Program-made: the position numbers and the translations under genes | Shown: piece after piece, positions 11,601-23,870 of the stretch | How positions within the stretch are numbered: position 1 is the first letter of the stretch | Layout: every line of letters begins with the position of its first letter | Notes under the pieces: generated by a model | Databases searched by the model: none | What the model was told of the DNA's origin: nothing | What the model saw: only the letters and a program-made list of their open reading frames with translations | Assembly: GCA_043228905.1 (NCBI GenBank) | Contig: JBHGNT010000011.1 | Location: 1-64,000, forward strand | Source: Azolla caroliniana | Lineage: Eukaryota > Plantae > Polypodiophyta | Direction: 5' to 3' | DNA length: 64,000 bases

Positions 11601-14012
11601 AACTCGAGCCGGATTCCCTTTGAGCGACAGTACTCCGCGAACTGCCCCCGGTATTCCCCTCCGTTATCCGCTCGTATCGCTTTCAGCTTCTTGCCGGATT
11701 CCCTTTCCACTCTCGCGTGGAGTTCTTTGAAGACGCACAACACTTGGTCCTTTGTCTTCAGTGGTGCCGTCCACAGCTTCCGGCTATGGTCATCTATAAA
11801 TGTTACGAAGTACTGGGCTCCGCCATGTGACTTCGTTTCTACCTGGCACACATCAGTGTGTACCAACTCCAATGGTACACTACGTCTCATCGGTGGTCTT
11901 GAGCGGAAGGAGGTCCGGTTTTGCTTACCGGCCAGACAGTCGGTACACTTTCCCAGGTGTACGTGCTTTACCGGTATCAGGTTGTCTTCGGCAAGCCTCT
12001 TCATCCCCTTCTCACTCATGTGGCACAGTCTCTTGTGCCACAGTTCACCGGCAGTGTCGGCTGCCACGTTCAACTCTTCCGGACACAGCCGGGAATTCAT
12101 CAGGTACAGTGTGTTGACCTTCCGGGCCCGAGCCACTATCAGGCTCCCTTTGCTGAACTTCATTATGCCGTTCCGGATGCTACCTGTGTAGCCTTCATCG
12201 TCTAGCCTCCTGGCCGAAATCAGGTTCAATCGAACCTCCGGAACGTGTCGGACATCCTTCAACAGCATTTTGCATCCGGTCGAGGTTGTCAACCACACGT
12301 CTCCTATGCCGGCAATCCGGCACATACCTTCATTTCCCATCCGAACACAGCCATGCTCACCGACTGTGTAGGATGAGAAGTATCTTCTCTCCGGGGTCAG
12401 GTGGAACGATGCTCCGGAATCGACCACCCAGGTCGTCTCATCGCCGGCAATGTTTAGTTCACCTTCTTCGGTGATGAGCATGATTTCTTCCTCACTTGCC
12501 GCGAGTGCCGTTGTTCCTTTCCGGTCCTGCCCTCGCCGATCCGGACCTCTCCGGCCAGTGGCTCCCCGGTATGCACCGTTTCTCTCCGGTGACTTCTTCG
12601 AATCGGTGTCATCGGCTCCGTTGTCCTTTCGGTAATGCCGACAATTCTTCCGGAAGTGCCCCGGCTTCCCATAGTGGAAGCATGTGGGTCTTCCTCTTGA
12701 CTGCGACCGGGTCCCCGACTTCTCCCGTCTTTGCGGACTCCGGTTCCATTGTCTTCCCCGTTCCGATTCGGTAAGCAGCGCCTTCGAGTCGGAGGCCGGT
12801 TCTTTATCTCTCCGACGCGCTTCTTCGTTCAAAATACTTGTCTTTACCGTTTGTAGGGACAAGTTATCTTCCGTGCAGGAGGTGCTGAGAGTCACCACCA
12901 AGTTCTCCCAGCTTTCCTGCAATGTACACATCAGAATGATGGCTTGCATTGCATCCTCCAGCGGGAACTTGATCGCCGCAAGCTGGTTCACGAATCCCAT
13001 GAACGTGCTTACGTGTTCCACCATACTCTCGCCGTCCCGGTACTTGAGGTTCACTATCTTCCTCATCAGGGAGGTCCGGTTCAACGCATTCTTCCTCTCG
13101 TAGAGGCCCGACAGCTTCCGCCACATCTCATATGCGTTGATGTCGTTCGCCACATGTTGTAGAACGCTCACGTCGACGTATTGCCGAATGGTTGCAACGG
13201 CTTTCCGGTTCAGAAGCCTCCATTCCGACTCAAGTACCCCCTTCGGTATTTCCGACCTGTCAATCGGTTCGTACAAGTCCCGAACAATTAGAAGATCCTC
13301 CATCTTGATCTTCCAGTCGGCGTAATTCTGCGCATTCAGCACCATCATCTCCGGCTGCCCGCTGCCGCCGCCTTCCATTTTCTGCAGCAGCCTCGCTCTG
13401 ATACCACTTTGTTGAGAATCAACGCTCCGATTCGCCTTCACCACTCGGCCACAACCGAGAAATCACGAATCAATGCAGCAGAAAATAGGAAACACAGAGA
13501 AAGACACGATAACACAGGGATTAACGTGGAAAACCCTATACGGGAAAAACCACGGGAGTGCAAGACTCCAAACCAAAACTATGCACAGAGAAATATACAA
13601 TGGCGAGCTGCAAGGCGACGACCTTGAGCTCGCTATCCTCACCACAGGCGGCGGTATTACACAGAGGCGTCGACCTCTCCCTCTCTCACGCTCTATCTCT
13701 CTCACGGCTGCTCTCTCTTCACTCCTCTTGAGTGGAAAAACAGAAAAATGAGTAGCAACATTAAAACTGTTTGCCCTAAGTCATATTTATACACATATGA
13801 CTTTGGGGCTATTTACAACTATAGCCTCAAGGGCCCTTGGCAAACATATTCACGGATATGTCCCCGCATCCGGATCTCTCTCTCCGGGTACATTCGTCAT
13901 CCGGCTCCGAAGCCGGGGTCTTCATCATCCGGTTCCGAAAACCGCAACCGGGCTTGTCGTCATTCATCTCCGACATCCGACCATCCCATCCAAAGGGACC
14001 GTAGTCCCAACA
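8692..14012 (-). mobile_element. Full-length Ty1/copia LTR retrotransposon (Tnt1/Tork-like), young
   Basis: 603-bp LTRs at 8692-9294 and 13410-14012 (TG...CA, about 3 differences seen). TSD CTTCT. PBS TGGTATCAGAGC (tRNA-iMet) at 13395-13406. PPT at about 9295-9307. Confidence 0.97.
9305..13378 (-). pseudogene. Copia gag-pol polyprotein (gag, PR, INT, RT, RNase H) with one in-frame stop
   Basis: WVVDSGAS (PR), LWHKRLCH...C..C and RADNGGEY (INT), YVDD (RT), FTDSD...YCDSQSAI (RNase H). TGA at 10442-10444 in EHLV*RLKKSLYGLKQ. The zinc knuckle carries a C>Y change (CFHYGKPGHFRKNC). Confidence 0.93.
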
Positions 14013-14777
14013 CTTCTAACTCTACAAAACGAACTCTCAGAACTCCAGATCCGCTCCAGTCGGCACTTTCAAATGATAGACGAAGCCGAGCAGGAGAAAT
14101 ACACATTGTCGGAGTTCCTCCACCAATTGCAGATCTCCCAGACACTAGAACTCGGACAACAGTGTGACCGATGTCCACAGGAGTTAGCTGATAATTCAAA
14201 TCGACTCCTCAAACGCTACGACCTACATACGAAGGAAATGGAGAAAAAGCTTGCCAGAGTTACCGTATCCTGCGAGATCCTCAAAGCCAAGCTTGAACGG
14301 AACGCCAAGACGTTAAAGAAGAACTAGATACCCTCCGTGCCAAATATGAAATGGGCGAAACCTGAGTGAAGGCACTAGTGGCGAAGCACCGGCTAAAGCT
14401 AAATAAAAAAGGCGAAGAAGCACTCGCTCGCGGATGGAATGAATGGTCGGCTCAAGCAACCGAGTTACAAATCTTCCGAGTGGATGCCAAAAACAAAAGA
14501 AAAGAAGGCATGGGGTTTTACAAGATGGACGAGAATAACATTCAGATCCTCCACGAAGATCTCACCGAGGAATTCCAACCTTTGGCCTAAACACACACCA
14601 TGGCCATCGAAATGTCCTAGGGGTTCTCAATGGCCACTATTTTCTCCCATGTCTTTCCCACATTGATAATGAAGATACCGTCAGATCGTCTCTTCCAGAC
14701 ACATCGCTCCATCTGGAAGTCACATCTGACAGAGCGCCATAGCTGCGACCTTGGGCAGGAGCCGCAGAAGTAAACAA

Positions 14778-14780
<3 letters not shown>

Positions 14781-14830
<50 letters not shown>

Positions 14831-14960
14831 CTTGAGGCTTGTCATCTGCAAGTATAAAAGCAAAGCGTTTTACCTACAGATTTCAGCTTCCATGGTAAGT
14901 CCTGTTTCTTCCTCTGTTTTTTTTTTTTTTTTTGAGAGAGAGAGAGAGAGAGAGGGAGGG
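14781..14960. repeat. (CT)n, poly-T and (GA)n microsatellites flanking a copy of the ATG|GTAAGT first-exon module
   Basis: Direct inspection; the module is also present at about 19185-19470. Confidence 0.85.
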
Positions 14961-16142
14961 AGAGCCAATTTTATCCATAGCTGGCGAACTGATTGATATG
15001 GAAATATAACTTTTATAATTTGTCTGTCTAGATGATTATCATATTAAACATTTATTGAATCTTCTAATAAACCTAAGGACATAATAATGCTTCTATTGTT
15101 TTGTTTCTATCTAGATGATTATCATACTATCACGAACATTTCTTCCATTCTTTTGAATATTCTGATAGACCTTGAAAGATCCTTGGACGTCCATCTCAGA
15201 TTTTAACAAAGCATTGAAATTCTATTTTGTCATATTGTCAATTGACAAAATAGAATAGAATTGGATGGATAGTAACAAAGTATTGAAAGGTTACTATGTG
15301 TCGCATTAGCAAAGTGTCTATTGGCCTACTGACAAGCTTAAGAGCAGCAAAATTAGAAAGATTTATTTGACACCCCAAAAGAGCAAAGAAGTACTTTTGG
15401 GCCTTCTCAAACATGGGGCAATATTTCTCTTTTTATTAAATATGGTGGTATCAAAGTGTCTATTTGCCTATTAACAAGCTAAAGAGCAAAATTAGAAAGA
15501 TTTATTCGACACCCTTAGGAGGAAAAAAGAAGGTACTGATGGGTTTGAAGCATGGGATCATATTTGTAAAGAGCAGAAAGCAGTTATTTTATGGGTCTTT
15601 CCAAACCAAACATGGGGTCATATTTCTCTTAAAAATTTATTAAATATAGCAATTGTTCTCTCTTTTATTTACACAACAGAAATGTCTTATCCTACCAACA
15701 ACAAAAGAACAACTTCTGTGATTATTGAATCAAAATGTCTTTGCCTGACCATGGGTTTTGTGGTATTATTATTTTTAAAATAACATACTGATCTCTTTTT
15801 ATGTTTGAAAATAGAAGAGTAAAAATGGAGAGGGGGAAGAGCAAGAGCAGTGCTCGAGTACTTTATAGTTTGACATTCTAGTTTAGGAGAAATGGTATAT
15901 GGTGTAGCAAAGATGTATAAAAGTAGGGATTTAAACCCAAGATCTTGTGATGGATATCCCCAATAGCTTATTACTAGGGTTAGACCATCGGAGACAAGGA
16001 AGGTGAGTGTTAGACTTGTTTGACTCTCGAATTGGTCGTTGATACATTTTGTTCCAATTATAAATTTAATTTTGATTCTAACCGTTGTATATTCTAACAC
16101 TTTTTGGGCCAATAACGGGTTTTTCTTATTACGTTCAAGCCA

Positions 16143-17249
16143 AAACAAAAATATCAGATCATCTGTCTTCTTGCTACTAATCCTCTGCATAAACTAATTA
16201 TGCTACTTTCATAAATACATTTGTTACAATCCTACTATCATTTTTGTATTTAAAGGAATTTGAGTGTCACTAGGAAATAAAATTCCTGTTATGGGTGTCT
16301 TTTCTCTATTGCTGCTAGGCTTTTTGGCAACTCACTGCTGTTTCCTCATATGGCATCAGAGTGATGATGTTTCCATACCCTCACTCATATTTTTTTCTCC
16401 CATCTTTCTTTGGGGGGCTGACAATCTGTGTTACTTTTTTTCCAAGTAGCCATATTTAGTGCCATTCATACTATCATTTAAGGTGGAGTAGGCAGCCCTT
16501 CTGCACCTAGCTTCAAAAATCTGTTTATAGCTTCAAAGGAGGGATTCCATGACTAAACTTAGTGGCCACGGCAACAATTTTCATCTAATATTTTTGTTGT
16601 TTAACATCATTCTCGTTAATGGTCAGACTGTCAAATATTGCTGATTCTAACACTGTTTATGGTGTACATTGTCAGAGGGTAATAGACCATAAACATTGGC
16701 AGAGGGTGATAGACCATAAACATTGTCAGAGGCCGACAATGTACACCATAAACAGTGTGAGAATGAATGATATTTGACAGTCGGACCATTAGGGAGAATG
16801 ATGTTAAACAAACAAAAATATTTGATCATTTGTCTTCTTGCCACTAATCCTCTGCTTAAACTAATTATGCTACTTTCATAAATACATTTGTTACAATCCT
16901 ACTATCATTTTTGTATTTAAAGGAATTTGAGCGTGACTAGGAAATAAAATTCCTGTTTTGGGTGTCTTTTCTCTAATGTTGCTAGGCTTTTTGGGAACTC
17001 ACTGCTGTTCTTAATAGTTTCCTCATATGGCATCAGAGTAATGAGGTCTCCATACCCTGACTCATTTTTTTTTCTCCCATCTTTCTTTGGGGGGCTGACA
17101 ATCTGCGTTACTTTTTTACCAAGTAGCCATATTTAGTGCCATTCATACTATCATTTAAGGTGGAGTAGGCAGCCCTTTTGCACCTAGCTGCAAAAGTCTG
17201 TTTATAGCTTCAAAGGAGGAATTCCATGACTAAACTTAGTGGGCATGGC
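16143..17249. repeat. About 430-bp direct duplication (16143-16571 and 16811-17249)
   Basis: Near-identical blocks from ...tgtcttcttgcYactaatcctctgc... to ...catgactaaacttagtgg. Confidence 0.9.
16583..16826. repeat. Long inverted repeat (MITE-like or hairpin), about 90-bp arms, with 27-bp tandem repeats in the loop
   Basis: 16583-16673 is the near reverse complement of 16735-16826, e.g. cactgtttatggtgtacattgtc / gacaatgtacaccataaacagtg. Confidence 0.85.
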
Positions 17250-19377
17250 TAAGGTTTGAATCAAAAGGCTTGACCCTCAATGCCCATGCATTTAAATTTC
17301 TTCGGTCTTAATAAGATAAGCATTTGAGTCTATTTAAGATTGATACTTTCGTCGATCAAGTTAATTTGAATAGTTTGTGACAAGTTAGTTTTCCATTGTG
17401 ACATATTTGAGCCTTGAAGGTAGTAGCATAATGCCACAAGGATTGGCTTCTCATGGCACGTTGCTAGAAATAAATAACTTCTATGGCTTTGATATGATGC
17501 TATATGGTTATTAAGAAAAGGATAGATGAAAACCTGAATTATCCAAATAAGTTTCAGGAAAATTAGTCGGTTTTTATAGATAGGTTTCCTGTTCTCTTGA
17601 AGATACATCCAAGCATGTCCAAAGAGGTTGAAATAGGCCTACGAAATGAATCATAAGAATATAAATTTCAACGCTTGGTCTATGTATTGAGAGGAAGACA
17701 AAGAAAGCAGGACACTTGAATATGTAATAAAGTCTAACTGTGGCCAATATCGGCCTATGAAACAAATCAGAAAGAGCTAGTTCAAAGCTTCGTCTATGCA
17801 AAGCATGCATTGATCGAAAGACATAGAAAAAAAGAAAGAAATAGATGCATTAACATATCTTCAATGCCAAATTAGTTTGCCCATGACACACATCATAATT
17901 TGAACTAATTGAAAGATTCATCTATATACAAATATACATTGTAGAGAAAGAAAGAGGATTATTAGCAAAGACAAACACCATAAGGACAAGTTCAGAGAAA
18001 ATACACATGTACAGATGTGTGTACAAACTCTAGTCACGAAGTCAGTTGGCACAAGAAAATCCGGACATGGTGAGGTCAAATAGAACATATCGCTTACGGT
18101 TTGATGAGTCTGATCTTGCGTGAGAATTAATTATCATTTTGTTCTGAGAATTCATTTGGTTGCTCAACTCTTGGGGATGTAGAGGGCCTAACTTAACAAC
18201 TTGGTTATGGAAAATTGTCTTCAATTAAGCCATTTTTTATCCTATATGTTGTGGCAGACCGTTGTTCGGTATGTAAGGTCAACTTGTGCTTGTACCTGGA
18301 GCACTGAACTATCAAATTCCGTATAGTTTGAATTGGGCATGGACCTGTCGATGAGTCATCGATTCGAAGTCTCAAGTCCATAGTTCCAAGGGAACCACAG
18401 TGAAGCTGCAATCTTCATTGCAGTTCCACCGTTTACTATTTTATGCTGGGTTCTTTTTCTTCACCATCTTTCCTTGGAGAAGAATCCCTCATACTCCTAC
18501 CAGTGCATAGCTCTTCGTAAGAACGTTAGGTAACATCAAAGCTCACATAGGGGAATAATGAGCTTAAACAAGTGAGTACCAAGTGCCAAACCAATTCCAT
18601 AGAGCAATAGATTGTGGATCCATGGGCCATAAGTTGAGGAACCCAAAACTGATTATGAGAATTGAGAAGATAGTTAGGTGGAATAATGATAAAGGACCAA
18701 ACTTATAAATTTTATAACCAATTGCATGAAAAAGGAACCCATTGATATTTCACAAACACATCAAATGTTTAGAGGAAAAAGGTCACCAAATTACAAGGAT
18801 CAAATTTGTTAGACCTCATCATAATTTTTATGCCCAAGGATCTAAATTATCCTAAAAAGCACCAGTTCCCAGAAAAAGCGTGGCCTAGGGAGCAACAGTT
18901 TGGGCCTCCCCTTATGAAGTCTACGATATTTCCTGAAGATGTTTCTAAACCTTTCCTGGGCGAAGAGGAAACTTGGGTGGAACTTAGACATCGAAAGAAG
19001 TTGACGAAATCCTGCGGATACGAAATTGTGAGAGAGCAAAACAAGAGGGATGAGAAGGTGATGACGAGAAATATTATCTGAAGAATGCGTCTCTCTTCAT
19101 GTAGCCAGAATTCGTAGCCATTTCTATTACTCACATATTATGTGTGTGTGAAACCTCAAAGTCGGTTCTCACACACATACTATCTCTCTCTCTCTCTCTC
19201 GGAGACTTGTCCAATGGAAGAATAAAAGCAAGGCTTTACACCTAGAGATTTCAGCGTCAATGGTAAGTTTTGTTTCTTCCTCCTTTGTGCTCTCTCTCTC
19301 TCTCTCTCTCTCTCTCCTTGAGGCTTGTCCTCTGCAAGAATAAAAGAAAGGCGTTTTACCTACAGATTTCAGCTTCC

Positions 19378-22300
19378 ATGGTAAGTCTTGTTTCTTCCTC
19401 TTTTTTGAGAGAGAGAGACAGAGAGGGAGGGAGAAACAATTTTATCCATAGCTGGAGATGGCTGTCTTGACTTTTTAATTGGTTCTCGAGTTTTTTTTTT
19501 TTTAGTAACACTTTTATTACTAGTGGGAAACCCCAAACTGAGGTGAAAACCCACAAAGAATAAAGAAAAATATACAAGTGTCAATTAGACACTACTGAGC
19601 TTAAAAGCACTCAAAGTAAAGATTGTAAATTTGGAGTGTTATGTCTCTAAGTTGCAGACAATCAAATAGAGATTGCCCGAGGGATTGCTTAAAGAAGCTA
19701 ACTTCATGTAGTTGCTTTCGATCAAAGACCTTATAATCAAATTTGGTTTTGACTATACCTCCAAAAACAAAAATCCGATTTGGGTGTGCAAGTAATCAGA
19801 AGAATCAGCTCGTAATCTACTTTTTGAAAATGTGAAAATAGAGAAAGATCGCCTCTGCTGCAGCTTTCTATTCAAACTTTTGTTGTTGTAGATGGAGAGG
19901 TTTGATGTCTTCTTAGGTGGGAAGAGATAAATAGAAAGATCTGTGATCCCTATTTGGAAGGATAGGATAGAGAAAGTAACCTAAACCTGCTCTGATACCA
20001 TGTAGAAAAAACATGGATCTAGACTAACTCTCATACAGCAAGATCACTTAGAAGACTTAAGAAAATATCAATAGATTAGGGAAAAACGAGCACTGATTAC
20101 AAAGATGTAGAATGGTTTATATAACCAGTTTCTACAAGACTTATAGACCCCACAGTTACTATATTAGGTTCACACTATTATAACTATATTCACACCTAAC
20201 AACCACTAATCTTGGTTCAAACTATTGAGTGTGTTCACACCCAACAGTTACTTGACTAGGTTCACACTATTATAACAATGTTCACACCAAAGCTTTCATA
20301 GGATACACGTTAAGTGTAACACGCTATTAGATAATGAGACTACCAATGTCTCCCATGAGTCAGGTAGTGTCATTAATAGGAAAATGGCTTTGAGCTTATC
20401 ATCAAAAGGAGTTGTTCCTAAGTCTTGCAGCTGTGATAAGGTACTTGTAAACAAGGACAAGTGTTCAGCTGCACTCTTGGACTCATCGAATTGCATGCCA
20501 ACAAGCTTTTGCGTTAGGTGTACTTGATTAACAATTGCATGAAAAAGGAACCCATTGACATTTCACAAACACAGTATTGAATGTTTAGAGGAAAAAGGTC
20601 ACCAAATTACAAGGATCAAATTTGCTAGACCTCATCATAAATTTTATGCCCAGGGATCTAAACTATCCTAAAAAGCACCAGTTCCCCGAAAAAGCTTGCC
20701 TTAGGGAGCAACAGTTTGGGCCTCCCCTTATGAAATCTACGATATTTCCTCAAGATGTTTCTAATCTTTTCCTGGGCGAAGAGGAAACTTGGATGGGACT
20801 AAGACATCTAAAGAAGTTGACGAAATCCTGCGGACACGAAACTGTGAGAGCAAAAGAAGAGGGATAAGAAGGTATTGATCGAAAGATATAGAAAAAAAGA
20901 AAGAAATAGATGCATTAACTTATGTTCAATGCCAAATTAGTTTGCCCATGACAATGTAAATTTCTTTTCTTATGGTTGAAATAAATTAGGCATGTGTATG
21001 TAATGTGTATTTATCTCATCAACCAAACAGTGTCCAGTCTTTAAATAGCTTTTCTTGATATGTCCAGATCACAGTGTCTGTTGTTCGTGAGTGGGTTGCA
21101 AGTAAAGGTGGGAACTTCAGAAGAGTAAGTGCCTTCAACCCTACATGCATTACAGTAATGGAAAAACCAAATTGACACATTTAAGATTATTGTGAAGGTT
21201 GTTGCAATGAGTTATGATCATAAATTATGCAACCACTAAGGCATGATTGTAATGATAAATTATATGTAACTGCTTGGTCATGAATCACGATGATACTTTA
21301 TACATCGTCACTAGATCAGCACAATGCATTATACACACGTCACTAATGGAGTGTTATTTTTGCTTTTTGTTTTTTAGTTGAAAAGCCTTTGGAAGGGTTG
21401 GCAACAGCTTGCAACTAGACTGAACCATCCTCATGCCATGGCATCGTCATCATCAGCACCATCATCATCATCATCATCATCAAGGAAAACTACCACTAAA
21501 GAAGATTCCACATGGAGAAGAGCTTCTTCTAAAGTTGATAAAAAGGGATATTCCAAAGAGCAGTCTCTAGGCTACATGGCAGACAAAAAATCCCTAACTA
21601 AGCAAGATCGGATATACTATCTTGGTAGACTTTTGTAAGTGACCTTAGCTAAAGTTTTGGCATGCAACCACTGTTTGATGAAAATAAAGCATGTTTCATG
21701 TTAATATTGCTCCTTGAGACCGTTTATTTTGAAGGCAATGAAATTTGATTACACAATTACATTTGGAATCTTACGGTTTTAATTTTTTACGACTCAACTC
21801 GTCCCACCATCACATTTTGAAAATAAACCCTGAGAACACTTGGTAAGGTTATGGTTATGTCCCCAGTTAACTTAAGAGATGCAGTGATACTTTCCCATTT
21901 TATTCCCATGTAGCGCCGTCCTCTAAAAGGAAGGATAGCTTAGAAGCTGAGCGTGAGAGGAAACAAATAAACGAGAGTGAAATAGAGAAGAAAGAGAGAC
22001 AGAACAGAGAAGCTTGTCTCATAAATTTCTTCTTGTCTCATAGTGGAAGTTTCTGTTCGCCGTGGTTTTTCCTTGAAATCAGGGTTTTCCACGTAAATCG
22101 TGTGCTCCTTGTTTTTCGTTTTGTTTGTGTCTTAGTATATTAGTGGTTTACGTTGGAGTAACATCTTTCAATAGGGCCATTGAAAAGTTTGGGGTATACT
22201 GGTAAATATCCAAACATCGGTGGTATTTCTATTCGGATATTATTTTAAAACAAGTTGAAAAATCCGTCATAAAATGGTGATCATTTGTTCTCCTTATTGG

Positions 22301-23870
22301 TAGAACAAGTATTTTGAGGCATCGTGCAGTAGACTTGAACCTGAAAATCCGTGCCGATGGCTATGTTGCAGTTGCAGACTTGCTAAAACTTGGAGTCAAA
22401 ACAATGGCTGGGATACCGTTGACTGTCTACACTGTGGAAGATGTAATGAAGGTGCCACCTTGATCTGCATTAGAATAAGTTCCATAGTTTTAGCAATGGC
22501 ATATAAATCTTGCAAACAACTTTGATTGAGTCTTTGTGGCCTATGTTTTTCAATTGTTTGATAGTTTTTCATGCACATCTTTCTAACTGTTTTATAGTTG
22601 GTTTTGATCATCACATCACAAATGTGGTAGTGACATAATTCATTGGTTTTTCTATCAACATGCAATATCTTTAATGATGGTTTATTTTTTTCACAGATTG
22701 GATTTTGCCCATCAAGATAATGATAATTTTTTGTCTCAAGAGATTGAAGATTACAAGAATATACCGTGTTTTCATTCTTTTTGTTTTCTTTCTGTCTATG
22801 TCTGTTTTGTTGGAGACTCTGGATTGTTTTCATGTTCTTATGTTCAAATTCTTGGCAAAGGCATATTTGTACATTGTAATTTGTGAGTTTTTTTTGTGTG
22901 GAATTGGTTGTGTAGGCTGTAGAACAAGACAATAAGCAACGTTTTGGATTATTGGAGGAAGATGGCATCCTCTTGATAAGGGCTAATCAAGGACATAGTC
23001 TAAAAGTAAGTGGAAAGCTATTTGAATCTAGTTTTGAAAGAGTTTCTCCAATTAGGAAATTTTTGCTGTTCTTGAGTGATTGGCTCTTTGTTTTAGGCCG
23101 TGAAAACAGAGAAGTTGTTGAAACCAATCTTGTTCGCTGATGAAATTCCTGGTAATTTTTGGGAATTAAATCTATCATGTGTTTATTCTATGAAATTTTA
23201 TAAGAATGCCATTTGTGAATCATCATACGCCTTTATGGGAGCTTTCAATAGGCACATGTAAATTAGTTCTCAGTTTATATTATTTGACAGTTTGTATACA
23301 TGGTACTTCAATGAACAATCTCAATTCAATATTGTGTTCTGGATTAAAAAGGATGGGGAGAAATCATGTACATTTTGCAACCGGTTTACCCACGGAGGAT
23401 GGAGTAATAAGTGGTATGCCAATTATAATATAATCAGGTTAAATTTGAAGTACATATTGAGATCAAACTTAATAGTCATGACTCTCTAAACTTAATCATT
23501 TGATTGCAGGAATGAGATCTTCCTGTGATGTTATAATATACTTGGATTCTAAGAAAGCCCTTGAAGGTCTGAGTTTTCATATGCTTCGTTCTGTATATGA
23601 ATTTGTTCTATCTACATATACATAGACATGCCATATTGTGTTTGAGTTTTCATATGTTTCATTCTATATATGAATTTGTTCTATCTACATAAATACTCAC
23701 GTGCCATATTGTCTCCAGATGGCATGAAACTATATATGTCTGATAATGGAGTAGTTTTGACGGAGGGGTTCGATGGAGTTGTATTACCCAAGTATTTTGC
23801 ACAAGTTGCGAAGTGGAGAAAAGGGAAAGTTGTTCCTTTGAATTTGAAGGTTAAGAAAGATTGGGAATAA
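19378..23870 (+). CDS. TPT1: tRNA 2'-phosphotransferase (Tpt1/KptA). Exons: 19378-19380 (ATG, inferred), 21068-21124 (inferred), 21378-21634, 22304-22451, 22916-23005, 23097-23151, 23291-23413, 23510-23566, 23719-23870
   Basis: Spliced translation ...GRLLTSILRH...DGYV...DNKQRF...IRANQGHS...VCIHGT...GLKRMGRNHVHF...ISGMR...YMSDNGVVLTEGFDG matches the plant Tpt1 family. All introns are GT-AG with consistent phases. The catalytic R-H-R-R tetrad is present. The first two exons are less certain. Confidence 0.92.
19491..19740 (-). mobile_element. L1 LINE 3' end fragment with poly(A), in TPT1 intron 1
   Basis: T13 tract on the plus strand followed by sequence matching the L1 3' end at 28095-28330. 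Confidence 0.75.
19740..20530 (-). mobile_element. Copia remnants: 5'UTR, PBS and LTR (about 20001-20320) abutting a gag fragment
   Basis: gctctgatacca at 19989-20000 (tRNA-iMet PBS) adjacent to TG. Gag-like peptide AIFLLMTLPDSWETLVVSLSNS at about 20320-20500. Confidence 0.7.

Larger units (their letters stand above)
8483..14750 (+). pseudogene. Coiled-coil ORF remnant of unknown, probably TE, origin, split by the copia insertion (8483-8691 plus 14018-about 14750)
   Basis: Removing the copia element and one CTTCT restores the frame ...QSKEL|LTLQNELSELQIR... The sequence is E/K/L/Q-rich and heptad-like, with several stops. Confidence 0.55.
18720..20880. repeat. About 340-bp dispersed duplication (18720-19060 and 20533-20875)
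   Basis: Shared block aattgcatgaaaaaggaacccattga...gagaaggt; the parallel ORFs at 18806 and 20622 are near-identical. Confidence 0.85.

Noticed and set aside
9030-13325. Many plus-strand ORFs over the copia element, and similar antisense ORFs over the other elements
   Set aside because: Shadow ORFs of GC-rich coding sequence with no recognisable domains.
19356-19400. Minus-strand mini exon MEAEICR|gtaaaa overlapping the ATG module
   Set aside because: No downstream minus-strand exons were found. The plus-strand ATG|GTAAGT with a CT-rich leader fits TPT1 better.
22396-22968. 190-aa minus-strand ORF (and the 167-aa ORF at 15687-16190)
   Set aside because: AT-rich antisense, intronic or intergenic sequence with no protein motifs.
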